Shown: positions 14,115 through 27,010, counted from the first letter of the whole stretch. The stretch is DNA of 62,510 bases, filler included, from Chiloscyllium plagiosum (GCF_004010195.1; 4 parts of one record of this genome joined end to end with filler, not necessarily neighbours in it), one strand, 5' to 3'. Notes: generated by a model not told the origin, from the letters alone. A program made the numbers and translations.

Positions 14115-14587
14115 GTAAATGCCAACCCACTCACCGGGATTCCCTGTGAATACAGATACAGTTGCCGGGTCCGTCTAAATACCGACAGACTCACCAGGAC
14201 CCACTTGCAAATACTGACACAGTCCCCCACCTACTCCTCTCCCGCATATGTAATAATACAGTCGCCTGTATTCCTATAAATGCTGACATAGTTTCCAGTA
14301 TGGACACACTGCAAGGAATTCCTGTAACTATCTCTGTAAATACCGACACACTCCTCACACCCCGCCTTTGAAAATTGGTGCATCCCTCAGGATCCCCTCT
14401 AAGTACTGACACATTTTGCGGGAACAACCAGTAAATATTAATACACTCCCCGGGACACCTCCTGTAAATGCTGACACACACCACGTGGAACTCCTGTAAA
14501 TACTGACACACTCCCTGAACACACCTGCACATACTGACACATTCCCCTGGAAACCCCAGTAAATATTGACACACTTCCCGTGACGCT

Positions 14588-14881
14588 NNNNNNNNNNNNN
14601 NNNNNNNNNNNNNNNNNNNNNNNNNNNNNNNNNNNNNNNNNNNNNNNNNNNNNNNNNNNNNNNNNNNNNNNNNNNNNNNNNNNNNNNNNNNNNNNNNNNN
14701 NNNNNNNNNNNNNNNNNNNNNNNNNNNNNNNNNNNNNNNNNNNNNNNNNNNNNNNNNNNNNNNNNNNNNNNNNNNNNNNNNNNNNNNNNNNNNNNNNNNN
14801 NNNNNNNNNNNNNNNNNNNNNNNNNNNNNNNNNNNNNNNNNNNNNNNNNNNNNNNNNNNNNNNNNNNNNNNNNNNNNNNNN
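14588..14881. other. Assembly gap (294 N)
   Basis: Run of N. Confidence 0.99.
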
Positions 14882-17800
14882 CCCCGTCCGGTGAAGGCAA
14901 GCATACCATGTGCATTCTTGACCAGTCTATCCACCTGTACAGCCATCTCCAGTGTACAATGGACCTTAGCTCCCAGACCTTTCTGATCAGCAACTTTTCC
15001 CAAGGCTCTTGCGTTTGTAGTATAGTTTGCTCTCGAATTAGAATTCCTAAAATGCATCACCTCACATTTGTTTTGTGGAACTCCATCTGCCACTTCTCCG
15101 CCCAACTCTCCAGACTATCTATATTCTTTTGTGTTCTTTTACGTCCCCTATGCTTATTGCTACTCCACCAATCTTCATGTCAACTGCGAACTTACTGATC
15201 AGATCAAAAATGCCCTCTTCCAGATCATTTATATATATTACCAGCAATTGTGGCTTCAGAACTGAACCCTGTGGAACACCACTGGTCAGCTTTCTCCATT
15301 TTGAGAAACTTCCAACAACGACCATTCTCTGTCTCCTGTTGCTCCACCAGTTCATTATCCACCGGGCTAGAACATCGTGCACACCCTGTGACTTCATTTT
15401 CTCCTTTGACTTACCACGGATCACAACTACAGCCCTTGTAAATGCCAACACACTCACCGGGATTCCCTGTGATTACCGATACAGTTGCCGGGTCCTCCGT
15501 CTAAATACCGACAGACTCACCAGGACTCACTTGCAAATATTGACACAGTCCCGCACCCACTCCTCTCCCGCATATGTAATAACACAGTCGCCTGTATTCC
15601 TATAAATGCTGACATAGATTCCAGTATGGACACACTGCAAGGAATTCCTGTGACTATCTATGTAAATACCGACACACTCCTCACACCCCGCCTTTGAAAA
15701 TTGGTGCATCCATCAGGATCCCCTCTAAATACTGACATATTTCGCGGGAACAACCAATAAATATTAACACACTCCCCGGGACACCTCCTGTAAATGCTGA
15801 CACACACCACGTGGAACTCCTGGAAATACTGACACACTCCCTGAACACACCTGCACATACTGACACATTCCCCTGGAAACCCCAGTAAATATTGACACAC
15901 TTCCCGTGACGCTGCCTGTGAAGACTGACATTCTGTCCAGGACCCCATCTAAGTACCGAGTTCCCTGGGTACCCCATTTAAATACCGCCACACACCCCAA
16001 GGCTCCCCCTGTAAATAGCAACACATTCCCCGTAAACCCCATCAATGCCGACAAATTGCCAGGGACCCGACACCACCTCCCAAGTAAATAATGCCACACT
16101 CACTAGACGCCCAACGTAAATACTGACACGCTCCCCGGGACCCCCATTATAAAAGCCGACATAATCCCCAAAACAACCCTGAAAATATTGACACACTTCC
16201 TGCCATCTGTCTTATAATTACCACACAATGCACGGGATGTCCCCTTTAAATCGTGACACTTTCCCCAGGACCCCTCCGTTCAAATGCTGACACACTCACT
16301 GGAAACTCCCTGAAAGTTCTGACGCATGCCCCAGAAACCCCTAATAAATGCAGACACGTTGCCCTGGAACACCCCTGTAAATGCCAACACACATCCTGTA
16401 AATAACAACACACACAGTCCCCAGGACATCACTGTGAATATTAACAAACTTCCTGGACACCCCTGTAAATATTGACACACTGCCCAGGACCACGCCAGTA
16501 TCATATTACCCATTCCCCGGGGCATCTTGTAAATACCGACGCATACCTTAGTACCTACCCTCAAACCACGGACACATTCCTCAGGATCCCTCTGTGAATG
16601 CGGACACACTCCCGGGACAACCTGTGTAAATGCCAAAACACACGACTCCCCTGTGAATACTGACATATTCCCAGGTGGTCTTATTAAAATGCAGATACAG
16701 TCCCCGGAGCCATCCTGTGAATATATTTACACTTTTTAGAGCCCTCGGTGCGCCCTAATAAAACTTGACACACTCCCTGGCATCCCCTGTAAATAGCGAT
16801 ACACTCCCTACGACCACAGTGTAAATAAAAACACAATCCCATGACTTGCATTAATACTGGCACAGTCCCTGGGTCCCCCTGTAAATACTCAGGCATCTCC
16901 CCTCTAAATACCAACACAATACCTGGACTTCTGCTGTAAATACTTATACAGGATCTGAGACACTCCATAAATACCGACACACCCCCCAGGACCCCATTGC
17001 AAATTATGACACCCTACTAAGACACCCCTGTAAATACTGATACACACCCCAGGAATCCTCGTAACTACCGACACCTTCCCCAGTACCTCCCCTCTAATAG
17101 TAGTCACACTCCCTGGGACACCCCATAAATGCAGATTCTCTCCCTTTTAACTGCTGGGAACTTATGAACACACCTCTGGGACACCCCTGTGAATACCAAC
17201 ACACTCCATGGAAACCCCCGGTAAATATCGACACATCTTCCACCTGACTTTTGTGAATATTTACACATTCATCAGGACTGCCCTATAAATAATTGCACAC
17301 TCCTCGGAACACCCCAGTGAACACTGACACAATCCCCGCAATCCCCCTATGAATACTGACACTTTCATCAGGACTGCCCGATAAATAATGACACACTCCT
17401 CAGAACACCCCTGTGAATACTGACACATTGCTAAGGACCGTCCTGTAAACACTGACACACTACCGGGACCCCTCTTGTGATTACCGACACACTCCACATG
17501 ACACCAGGAAATATCTACATGTTCCCCGGGACTCTTGTAAATATTGACACATTTCCTGGGACCGCTGTAAATAGTGGCACACTCCCTGGGACTTCCCTGT
17601 AATTACTGGCATACATCCTTGTGCCTCCTCTGGAAATAATGGCATGCTCCCCAGAACACTATAAATCAAACTGACACACTAACCAGGACCCCGCTGTAAA
17701 TATCAGCAAACGCCCTATGGCTCCCCAAAAATACCGCTCATTCCTCAGGATTCTTCGCAAATACCGTGATACTCCCCGACATCTTCCCACACTCACCAGA

Positions 17801-19830
17801 ACTCCGCTGTAAATATCAGCAAACTCCCTATGGGCCCCCCAAAACACCGCACATTCCTCAGGATTCTTAGCAAATACCGTGATACTCCACGACATCTTCC
17901 CTGTAATACAGATAGAATCCACGGGATCCACCCGTAAGTACTGACACACTTCATGCGACCCTCCTTTAAAATCAAAACAATCCACGGATCCATACAGTAA
18001 ATACCTTCACGCTCCCCAGGACAACCCTGCAAAATTTTGACAGGCTCGCTGTGATGTCCAACACAGTCCCTGGGACGACTACTGCAAATATCGACACAAT
18101 CTCTGGAATATTCTGTAAATACCGATACATTCCCCTCGACCCCCTCATTTCCCAGGGACCCACCTTTCAATCCTGACACACTCACCAGAGCACCTCCTGT
18201 CAATACTGACACACACCCCCTGGACATTCCTATAAATACCGGCACACTCTCCGGGACTACAGTTAATACTGACAACCTGCCTGAACACCCCAGTTAGTAC
18301 TGACACACTCCCTCGGTCCCCTTGTAAATACTGACACACTTTCCGGGACCAGACGTAAAACGCTGACACATTGCCTGGACCCCCCTGAAAACACTGACAC
18401 ACTCCTTGCTCTAAATACACACACACTTCCTGGGACCTGCCTGATAATTTTGACACGGTCACTAGGGCCCCCTTGGAAAAGCAGAAACATTTCCCAGGAC
18501 CCCCCCTGTTAATACCAATTCACTCGGTCGGACACATCTGCAAATACTGACACACTCACCGGGACCCACATTTCAGCACTGACACACTCCCTGCGATCAC
18601 AACTGTACATAAAAACACACTCAACAGGACACACCTGTAAATATCGTACATTCCCCGACATACAACTGCAAATACTGACCCATTGCCAGGACAATGCTGA
18701 AATGCAGACACAGTCCCCTGGACCACCCATGTAAATACAGACACACTCCCCAAGACCACGCTATTGATACTGATGCAATTCACAGGACCCCTTTGGAAAT
18801 ACTGACACCTGCCCCGGGACATTCCCCTCCAAATAAATACCGACATAAACTCCAGGAATCCCCTGTAAATAGCGACATACTCCTTGGAACCTCCATGGAA
18901 ATAACGATGCACTCCCTGGGATCCCTTTGTAAATACACATACACACCTGGAAACATGCCTTTAAATAATGACATACTCCCCAGGACCTCCCTGAAAAAAG
19001 CAACACACTCACAAGGAGCCCCGAGTAAAAACAGAAACACTTGCCGACGTCTCCCCTGTAAATACTGACACAATCCCCGGGACACCCTTGTAAATCGTGA
19101 AACACTCCCTGAGACCACCCTCTTCAAATATTGACACAATTCACATGTCTACCCTATAGTTACCAACACGCTCCGCACGACTGTTCTGTAAATTCTCACA
19201 CGTGCCCCAGAACACCCCTGTAAACACCAATACAGTTCCCAGAACCTCCCTGTAAAGACCAACACTGTCTACGGGACCTCTGCTGTAAACACTGATGCAC
19301 CCTGGAGGACCTAATGTAAATACTGACACACTCCCACGTTCCCCCATGTAAAGACCAACAAACTCTCAAGGACCCACCTGAAAATACTGACACAATCCCC
19401 ATGTCTACCCTGTAGTTACCGACATGCTCCGCATGACTGTTCTGTAAACACTCACACGTGTCCCAGAACTCACCTGAAAACACCAAGACCATTCCCAGAA
19501 CCTCCTGTAAAGACCAACACTACCCACTGGACCTCTGATGTAAATACTGACACACCCTGGAGGACCTAATGTAAATCCCGATACACTCCCACGTTCCCCC
19601 ATATAAATACCATCAAACGCTCAGTGACCCACCTGAAAATACACTCCCCGGTACACCCTCTGTGAAAACAGACACACTCCCCGGGAACCCACTGTCAACA
19701 CTGACCCTGACATCCATGCAAATGCTGATACACTTCCCAGGACCACATTATAAGTAATAATACACTCCCTGGTCTTCCCTGTACATGCTGGCACATTCCC
19801 TGCTCGGCTCCCTGCAAATGCTGACACACT
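14882..19830 (+). repeat. Segmental duplication cassette, copy 3 (starts in CR1 RT fragment 14882-15437, then repeat A block)
   Basis: Colinear with ~7092-11835; has a private deletion near 15419 and an extra ~256-bp block. Confidence 0.85.
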
Positions 19831-21371
19831 CACCAGGACCTCCTATAAATAATGACACACTTCACGGGACTCCACAATACATACACACACACTCCCCCGG
19901 ACCCCAACCCATATAATGACATACACACAGGGACCACCCTTTAAATATCAACAAATGCCCTGGGACACCCCTGTCACTCCCCGGGCCAGCTCCCGTGAAT
20001 ACCTACAGTCTCCCCGGGACCTCCCTTTAAATGCCCACATACTGCCCGGGACACCCACCCCGGTAAAAACCGGCACACTCACCGCCCCCACGTTGAAAAA
20101 CTGACATACTCCACAGAAAACCCACATAAGTACCGACACACTCGCCAGGATCACACTTTTAATTGGTGACATACTGCAAGGGCCCCTCCTGTACATACTG
20201 ACACACATCCCCAAGACCCACATGCAACTACTGACACACTCACCGGGACTACCTGGAACTACTGACAAACTGCCTGGGAAACCCTGTACATACCATTGCA
20301 GTCACCGGTACCTCCCCTGTGAATACCGACGCACTCCAAGAACAGCCCTGCAAATACAGGCACTCTCCTCTGCACACTGCCTGTAAGTGCAAACATACTC
20401 ATTGTGAGAACATGCTCCTCGGACTCCCCTGTGAATACTAACTGCGTGGAAGGCCCCTGTAAAGACTGAGACACTCCTTGGGACCAACCACACACTCCCA
20501 TAAATTGCAACATGCTCCCCAAGACTCCGCTCTGAATACTGACGCACTTCTCGCGGACCGTGTGTAAATATTGAATCACTCCCTGGGATCCCTTCAAAGA
20601 CTTGCACATTCCCCAGGGACCCGCATGTAAAGACAAATACACTCCCAAGGCCGACCCTGCAAATACCGCCACATTCCCCGGAACCCCTCTATAATGACGG
20701 GAACACTCCCCAGGGACCCCGTCGTGCAAATACCGACACACCCCTCATGACCTCACTGTAAATACTGACACGCTGGGTAACTCCTGTAAAATCGAGTACA
20801 CTTCCGTGATATTCCCTGTAAATACTTTCGCCCTCCCTGGGAACACCTCCCGTAAAATCTGACACGGTCCCTGGGACCTCCCTCTAAATACTGACATACT
20901 CTTTGGGACTCCTGTCCAAATACTAACGCATTCCCAGTCAAACCCCTGTAAATACAGACACACTCCCTGGGAAGCCCGTGCAAATACTGACACTATGCCT
21001 GGGCCACCCTCTTAATACAGTCATCGTCCCCAGGAACCCCCTGAATACTGACACAGTCCCCGAGGCCCCCTACATAAAGACACACACCCTGGAACCATCT
21101 ATAAACACCAAGACACTCCCCAGAACCCCCTGCAGATGTCAGAACACTCCCTGGGAACCAGTTCTATTCCGACACACGCCCCGGTACTGCTTCATTTTTT
21201 TCCGTCCCACTATCTCTCCCCTCACTTTCTACCACCCTCTGACTCTTTCTCGCTCGACCCTCATCCCACTCTTGCTCTTTCTGCTCCCTCCACTCTTTCT
21301 GTGCATCCGTCCCACACTCTCTGACTGTCTCATTTTGCCCACACCCACTTTGTGTCTACATGTCCCAATCT

Positions 21372-21471
21372 NNNNNNNNNNNNNNNNNNNNNNNNNNNNN
21401 NNNNNNNNNNNNNNNTTAATTAATTAANNNNNNNNNNNNNNNNNNNNNNNNNNNNNNNNNNNNNNNNNNNN
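21372..21471. other. Scaffolding gap with artificial spacer (44N + TTAATTAATTAA + 44N)
   Basis: Exactly 100 bp; identical structure at 49350-49449 and 52914-53013. Confidence 0.97.
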
Positions 21472-22915
21472 GTGTGTCGGTAATCACAAGAGGGCTCTGG
21501 GTAGTGTGTCAGTGTTTACAGGGCGGTCCTTAGCAGGGGTGTTCTGAGGTGTGTGTCATTATTTATAGGGCAGTCCTGATGAATGTGTAAATAGTTAAAA
21601 AGGAGAGGCTCTGCATTTATGGGGTGTCCCAGAGAGTGTGACTGCATTTAGAGGGGTGGTACTAGGGAATGTGTCGGTATTTACAGGGGTTCCCGGGTGT
21701 GTGTCAGTATCTATAGGGGTGTCCAGGCCGGGTGTCATTATTTACAATTGGGTGTCGGTATTTATAGGCGGTCGCAGATACTGTATAAGAATGTTCAGCA
21801 GAAGTCCAGGGATTGTGTTGGTATTTCGAGGAGAGATGTCAAGGCTTGACTCAGTCGTTACAGGGGGTCGCAGGGATTGCGCCAATATTAATGCAGGTCA
21901 TGGGAGTCTGTTTTTATTTACACTGTGGTCCCAGGGAGTGTGTCGCTATTTACAGAGGTTGCCAGATAGTGTGTCAACTTTTATTTGGGTGCACCGGGAA
22001 TTTTTCAGAATTTACCGAGGGCTGTAAAAAGTGTAAATACATTTATAGGATGGCTCCCGGGGACCGTATCTGCATTTAAAGCAGACCAGCGGGGAATGTG
22101 TCAGTGTGTTTTAACATTTACATAGGCGGTCCCGGGACTGTGTCTGCATTCACAGAGTGTTCCTGAAGAGTGTGTCCGTGTTTTGAGGGTAGGTTCTAAG
22201 GTATGCGTCGATATTTACAAGACATCCCGGGGAATGGGTAATTTGTTCTAGGCGTGGTCCTGGGCAGTGTCTCGATATTTTCAGGGGTGTCCAGGAAGTT
22301 TGTTAATATTCACAGTGATGTCTTTGGGGACTGTGTGTGTTGTTATTTACAGGGTGTGTGTTGCCATTTGCAGGGGTGTTCCCTGGCAACGTGTCAGCAT
22401 TTATTAGGGGTTTCCGGGGCATGTTTCAGAACTTTCAGTGATGTTCCAGTGAGTGTGTCAGCATTTGGAAGGAGGGGTCCTGAGGAGAGAGGCAAGATTT
22501 AAAGTGGACATCCCCTGCATTGTGTCGTAATTATAGGGCAGATGGCAGGAAGTGTGTCAATATTTTCAGAGGTGGTTTGGGGATTGCGTCGGCTTTTATA
22601 ATGGGGGTCCCGGGGAGCGTGTCAGTATTTACGTTTGGCGTCCAGTGAGTGTGGCATTATTTACCTGGGAGGTGGTGTGGGGTCCCTGGCCATTTGTCGG
22701 CATTGACGGGGGATACGAGGAATGTGTTGCTATTTATAGGGGGCGACTTGGGGTGTTTGGCGGTATTTAACTGGGGTACCCAGGGAACTCTGTACTTAGA
22801 TGGGGTCCTGGGCAGAATGTCAGTATTCACAGGGAGCGTCACGGGAAGTGTGTCAATATTTACAGGGGTGTCCAGGGGACTGTGTCAGTATGTGCAGGTG
22901 TGTTCAGGGAGTGTG

Positions 22916-23015
22916 GAGCTGAAAATGTGTTGCTGGAAAAGCGCAGCAGGTCAGGCAGCATCCAAGGAACAGGAGAATCGACGTTTCGGACATAAGCCCT
23001 TCTTCAGGGACTCCC
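22916..23015 (-). mobile_element. Mini PLE-terminal insertion with hammerhead motif and perfect 15-bp TSD
   Basis: TGTTCAGGGAGTGTG at 22901-22915 and 23016-23030; empty sites at ~8078-8092, ~14508-14522 and ~15833-15847. Confidence 0.92.
22980..23007 (-). ncRNA. Minimal hammerhead ribozyme motif, core intact
   Basis: Reverse complement is CTGAAGAAGGGCTTATGTCCGAAACGTC; stem II is preserved through a G-U pair. Confidence 0.78.
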
Positions 23016-23393
23016 TGTTCAGGGAGTGTGTCAGTATTTGTAGGAGTTCCACGTGGTGTGTGTCAGCATTTACAGGAGGTGTCCCGCGAAATATGTCAGT
23101 ATTTAGAGGGGATCCTGAGGGATGCGCCAGTTTTCAAAGGCGGGGTGCGAGGAGTGTGTCGGTATTTACATAGGTGGTCACAGGGATTCCTGGCAGTGTG
23201 TCCATACTGGAAACTATGTCGGCATTTATAGGAATACAGGCGACTGTGTTATGACATATGCGGGAGAGGAGTGGGTGCGGGACTGTGTCAGTATTTACAA
23301 GTGGGTCCTGGTGAGTCTGTCGGTATTTCGTTGTCGGACCCGGCAACTGTGTCTGTATTCACAGGGAATCCCGGGGAGTGTGTTGGCATTTAC

Positions 23394-24913
23394 AAGGTCT
23401 ACAGTTGTCATATACATGGACTTTAGTAAGGCGTTTGATAAGGTTCCCCCTGGTAAGTCAAAGGAGAAAATGAAGTCACACGGTGTGCAGGGTGTTCTAG
23501 CTAGGTGGATAAAGAACTGGTTGAGCAACAGGAGACAGAGAGTGGTAGTTGATGGGAGTTTCTCAAAATGAAGAAAGCTGACCAGTGGTGTTCCACAGGA
23601 TTCAGTTCTGAAGCCACAGTTGTTTGTAATATATATAAATGATATGGAAGATCTCTTTCTTGTCTGATCAATAAGTTCGCAGTTGACATGAAGATTGGTG
23701 GAGTTGCAAAAAGCATAGGGGACGTTAAAGAATACAAGAGAATATAGATAGACTGGACAGTTGGGCGTAGAAGTAGCAGATGGAGTTCAACATAGCAAAA
23801 TGTGAGGTGATGCATTTTAGGAATTAAAGTTCGACAGCAAACTATACTGCAAATGCAAGAGCCTTGGAAAAAGTTGCTGATCCATTGTACCCGGGAGATA
23901 AGATCCATTGTACTATGGAGATGGCTGCACACGTGAATAAATTGGTCAAGAATGCACATGGTATGCTTGCCTTCACCGGACGGGGTATTGAGTGTAAGAG
24001 CTGGCAGATCATGTTAAAATTGTACAACACATTGGTTCGGCTACATTTAGAGTACTGCATATAGTTTTGGTTGACACATTACCAAAAGGATCTAGACGCT
24101 TTGGAGAGTGTGCAGAGAAAGTTTACAAGGATCTTATCTGGTATGGAAGGTGCTCACTATGAAGAGAAGTTGAGTAGGTTAGATTGTTTTCATTAGAAAA
24201 AAGCAGATTTGTGGTGAACCTGATTGAGATCTACAAATCATGAACGTGAGGACAGGGGAAATAGAGATTATTTCCCAGGGTGAGGGATTCAATAATGGTA
24301 GGTCATGTGTTTAATGTGAGAGCTGAATAGTTTTAGGTGGATATATACAGCAAATACTTTATACAGAGATTAGATCCCCCACAGTATGGATACAGGCTTT
24401 TCGGCCCAACCAGTCCACACCAACCCTCCAAAGAGTAACCCACCCAGACCTATTTCCCTTTGTCTAATGCACCTAACAATACGGGCAATTTAGCATGGCC
24501 AATTCACCTGACCTGCAGTCCACATCATTTGACTGTGGGAGGAAACCGTAGCACCCGGAGGAAATCCACGCAGACACGGGGGCAATGTGCAAACTGCACT
24601 CAGACAGTCGGCTGAGGCTGGAATCGAACTTGGGACCCTGGTGCTATGAGGCAGCAGTGCTGACCACTGAGCCACTGTGCCACCCACAAGAGGGTGGTAG
24701 ATGGAACGCTTTGCCAGCAGAGGTAGTAGAGGCAGGTATAGTAGATTCATTTAAGGTGCCTCTGGACAGATGCATGAGTAGGTGAGGAGCAGAGGAATAC
24801 ACATGCTTAAGAATTGGGCAATAGATATCGACATATGCAGGATTTGGATTTGGTCAGGCTTGAACGGCTGAAGGGCCTGTTGCTGTGCTATAAATTTTCT
24901 TTGTTCTTTGTTC
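23394..24913 (+). mobile_element. CR1 fragment (inverted paralog of 6301-7682) retaining extra 3' sequence
   Basis: VIYMDFSKAFDKVP, LYNTLVRLHLEYC and WNALPAEVVEAG motifs; TTTGTTC tail. Confidence 0.92.
24367..24685 (-). mobile_element. HE1-like SINE (inverted paralog)
   Basis: Reverse complement carries GGTGGCACAGTGGCTCAGTGG and AGTTCGATTCC boxes and the ATCTAATCT tail. Confidence 0.9.
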
Positions 24914-26807
24914 AATTTACCTGGGAGGGCACAGGCAGGGTGAGGCATGGTGAGTGCGCTTTGATACACAGGAGGTGTCACGGGAGGTGTGTGGGTATTT
25001 GCTGACCTTCTCAGGGAGTGTGATGATATTTACAGTGGGATCCTGGAGAATGTGTCAGTACTTACAGGGGGCTCCTGGGGAGTGTCAGTATTTCGATGGG
25101 GGTCTCAGTAAGTGTGTCGTTATTTACAGTGGGACCTTGGGGAGTGTGTCGGTATTTACAGGCAGTATCAGGAAGTGTGTCGCTATTTACAGAGCTTCCC
25201 TGGGAGTGTTTTGGTGTTTGCAGGGGACGGGGACAGTGGCATTGACAGACTAGGTCCCAGGGAGTGTTTCAGTATTTACAAGGGACCCTTGGGGAGTGTG
25301 TCACCGTTTACGTGGGGTCTCGAGGGCTGTGTCGATATTTACAGAGAGTTAAAAGGAGTGTGTCTGTATTTACTGGTGGGATCCCAGGGAATTGGCCCAC
25401 AATTACGGGGAAGGTTTCGGGGAGTATATCAATTTTTAGAGTGGGGGTACCTGGGAATGCGTCAGCATTTATAAAGGGTTTCCCGGGTATGTGTCACTAT
25501 TCCAGTCAGTTCCCTCAGAGTGTGTCAGAACTAACAAGGGTTCCCAAGGAGCATGTTAGCATTTACACGGTGGTTTGAGCTGTGTGTAAGTATTTAGTGG
25601 GGGAGGGGGTGATCTGGAGAGTATGCCAGTATTTACAGTGGGAGTCCCTGGCTCTGTGTCGGCATTTACAGTGGGGATCCCGGGAGTGTGTCAGCATATG
25701 GAGGGGGTCCCGGTTGAGTGTCAGGATATACGTTGTGTGGTGTACCAGGGAATGTGTTGTTAATTACAGGGGGGTACGGGGGACTGTATCTGCATTTACA
25801 GCAGAGGTTCTACAGAGTTGTCTGTATTTAAAGGAGAAATCCAAACGAGTGTGTCAGCATTTGCAGTGGGATCTCTCTGGGGAGGTGTCAGTACTTACAA
25901 GAGGGCTCAGGGCAGTGTGTCTCTGTTTCCAGGCTGTCCTGGCGAGTTAATGAATAGTGGTGCTGGCTGGAAGGGCAGAATGGCCTACTCCTGCATCTAC
26001 TGTCTATTATATTATATTTACAGGGTGGATCCCAGGGAGTGTGTCGATATTTACAGGAGGGGGCTTCCAGCAAATGTGTTGGCCTTTAGAAGGGGATACT
26101 GGAGAATGTGTCGGTATTTACAAGTGGGTCCCAAGGAGTTTTGCTATTTACATGTTGTTGACGCAGAGTATATTAGCGTTTAGAAGGGTGTCCAAGGGAT
26201 TCTGTCGGTATTTACACGGGGTGTTCTGCATGTCCAAGGGATTCTGTCGGTATTTACACGGGGTGTTCTGCAGAGTGCGTTGGTATTTACTGGGGGCTGG
26301 GTCCCGCGGGGTGCCCCAGAATTGCAAGGGGTTCAAGGGGAATCTGTCAGTATTTTCAACGAGGGCACGGAGCATGTGTTGGTAATTACAGGGGGCAATG
26401 TGTGCATTCACAACAGGGATTCCGTGGATTGTGTTGGTATTTACGGGCAAGGGTCTCGTAGAGTGTGTCAATAGATACACAGGGTCCTGGGGAGTGTGTC
26501 ACCATTTGCAGCGGTCATCTGGGGGAGTGAATCAGTACTTGTAGGTGGGTTCTGGGGGATGTATTGGTATTAAGCGGGGGTCACAGGGAGAGTGTCTGCA
26601 TTTACAGGATGGTCACAAGGAGTGTCTCAGTATTTAAGGTCGTTCTCGGGGAGTGAGAGTGTTTTTGCAGGGGAGTTTTTACAGTCCGTGTTTACTGTTG
26701 GGGTACCCGGGAGTTTGTCCATATTTGTATATGGGGGCATGGAGTATGTCGGTTTTTACAGTGGCGGCTCGTGAGTTTGTGTCAGTATTTAGAGGGGATC
26801 CCAGTGG

Positions 26808-27010
26808 CGAGAGAGTTGTAAGCTTGGCTTACATGTCTGCCAATGCAGTTAACTTAGCCACCTCAGGGAGATTGAAACACTCATTGGATAAGCGCATGGG
26901 CGATGATGGGTTAGTGTAGGAGGACGAGCTGAGAGTAGTTCAAAGGTCGGCACAACATCGAGGGCCGAAGGGCCTGTACTGCACTGCATTGTTCTCTGTT
27001 CTTGGTTCTA
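26808..27010 (+). mobile_element. CR1 3'-end fragment
   Basis: SLDKRM-type ORF2 end, GGTCGGCACAACATCGAGGGCCGAAGGGCCTGTACTG hairpin region and TGTTCT tail, as in the element ending at 41690. Confidence 0.85.

Larger units (their letters stand above)
11836..14587 (+). repeat. Segmental duplication cassette, copy 2 (truncated by gap)
   Basis: Colinear with 5505-8157, including the CR1 and SINE insertions at identical positions. Confidence 0.88.
2089..21180 (+). repeat. Degenerate ~31-bp tandem repeat (repeat A, consensus ~CCCCTGTAAATACTGACACACTCCCCGGGAC), C/A-rich on plus strand, interrupted by TE insertions and a gap
   Basis: The GTAAATACTGACACACTCC core recurs every ~29-34 bp through the region; it generates the spurious SVSVFTG/CQYLQG ORFs. 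Confidence 0.92.
21472..26808 (-). repeat. Inverted paralog of ~4027-9750 (cassette copy 4); repeat A continues in reverse orientation to ~27692
   Basis: Reverse complement matches at both ends and across the CR1/SINE insertions. Confidence 0.9.

Noticed and set aside
14191..15105. Long ORFs containing X runs (also 50661-52022)
   Set aside because: Open only because they cross N gaps
21416..21427. Palindromic TTAATTAATTAA islands (also 49394-49405 and 52958-52969)
   Set aside because: Centred in exact 100-bp N gaps; an artificial all-frame-stop scaffolding spacer
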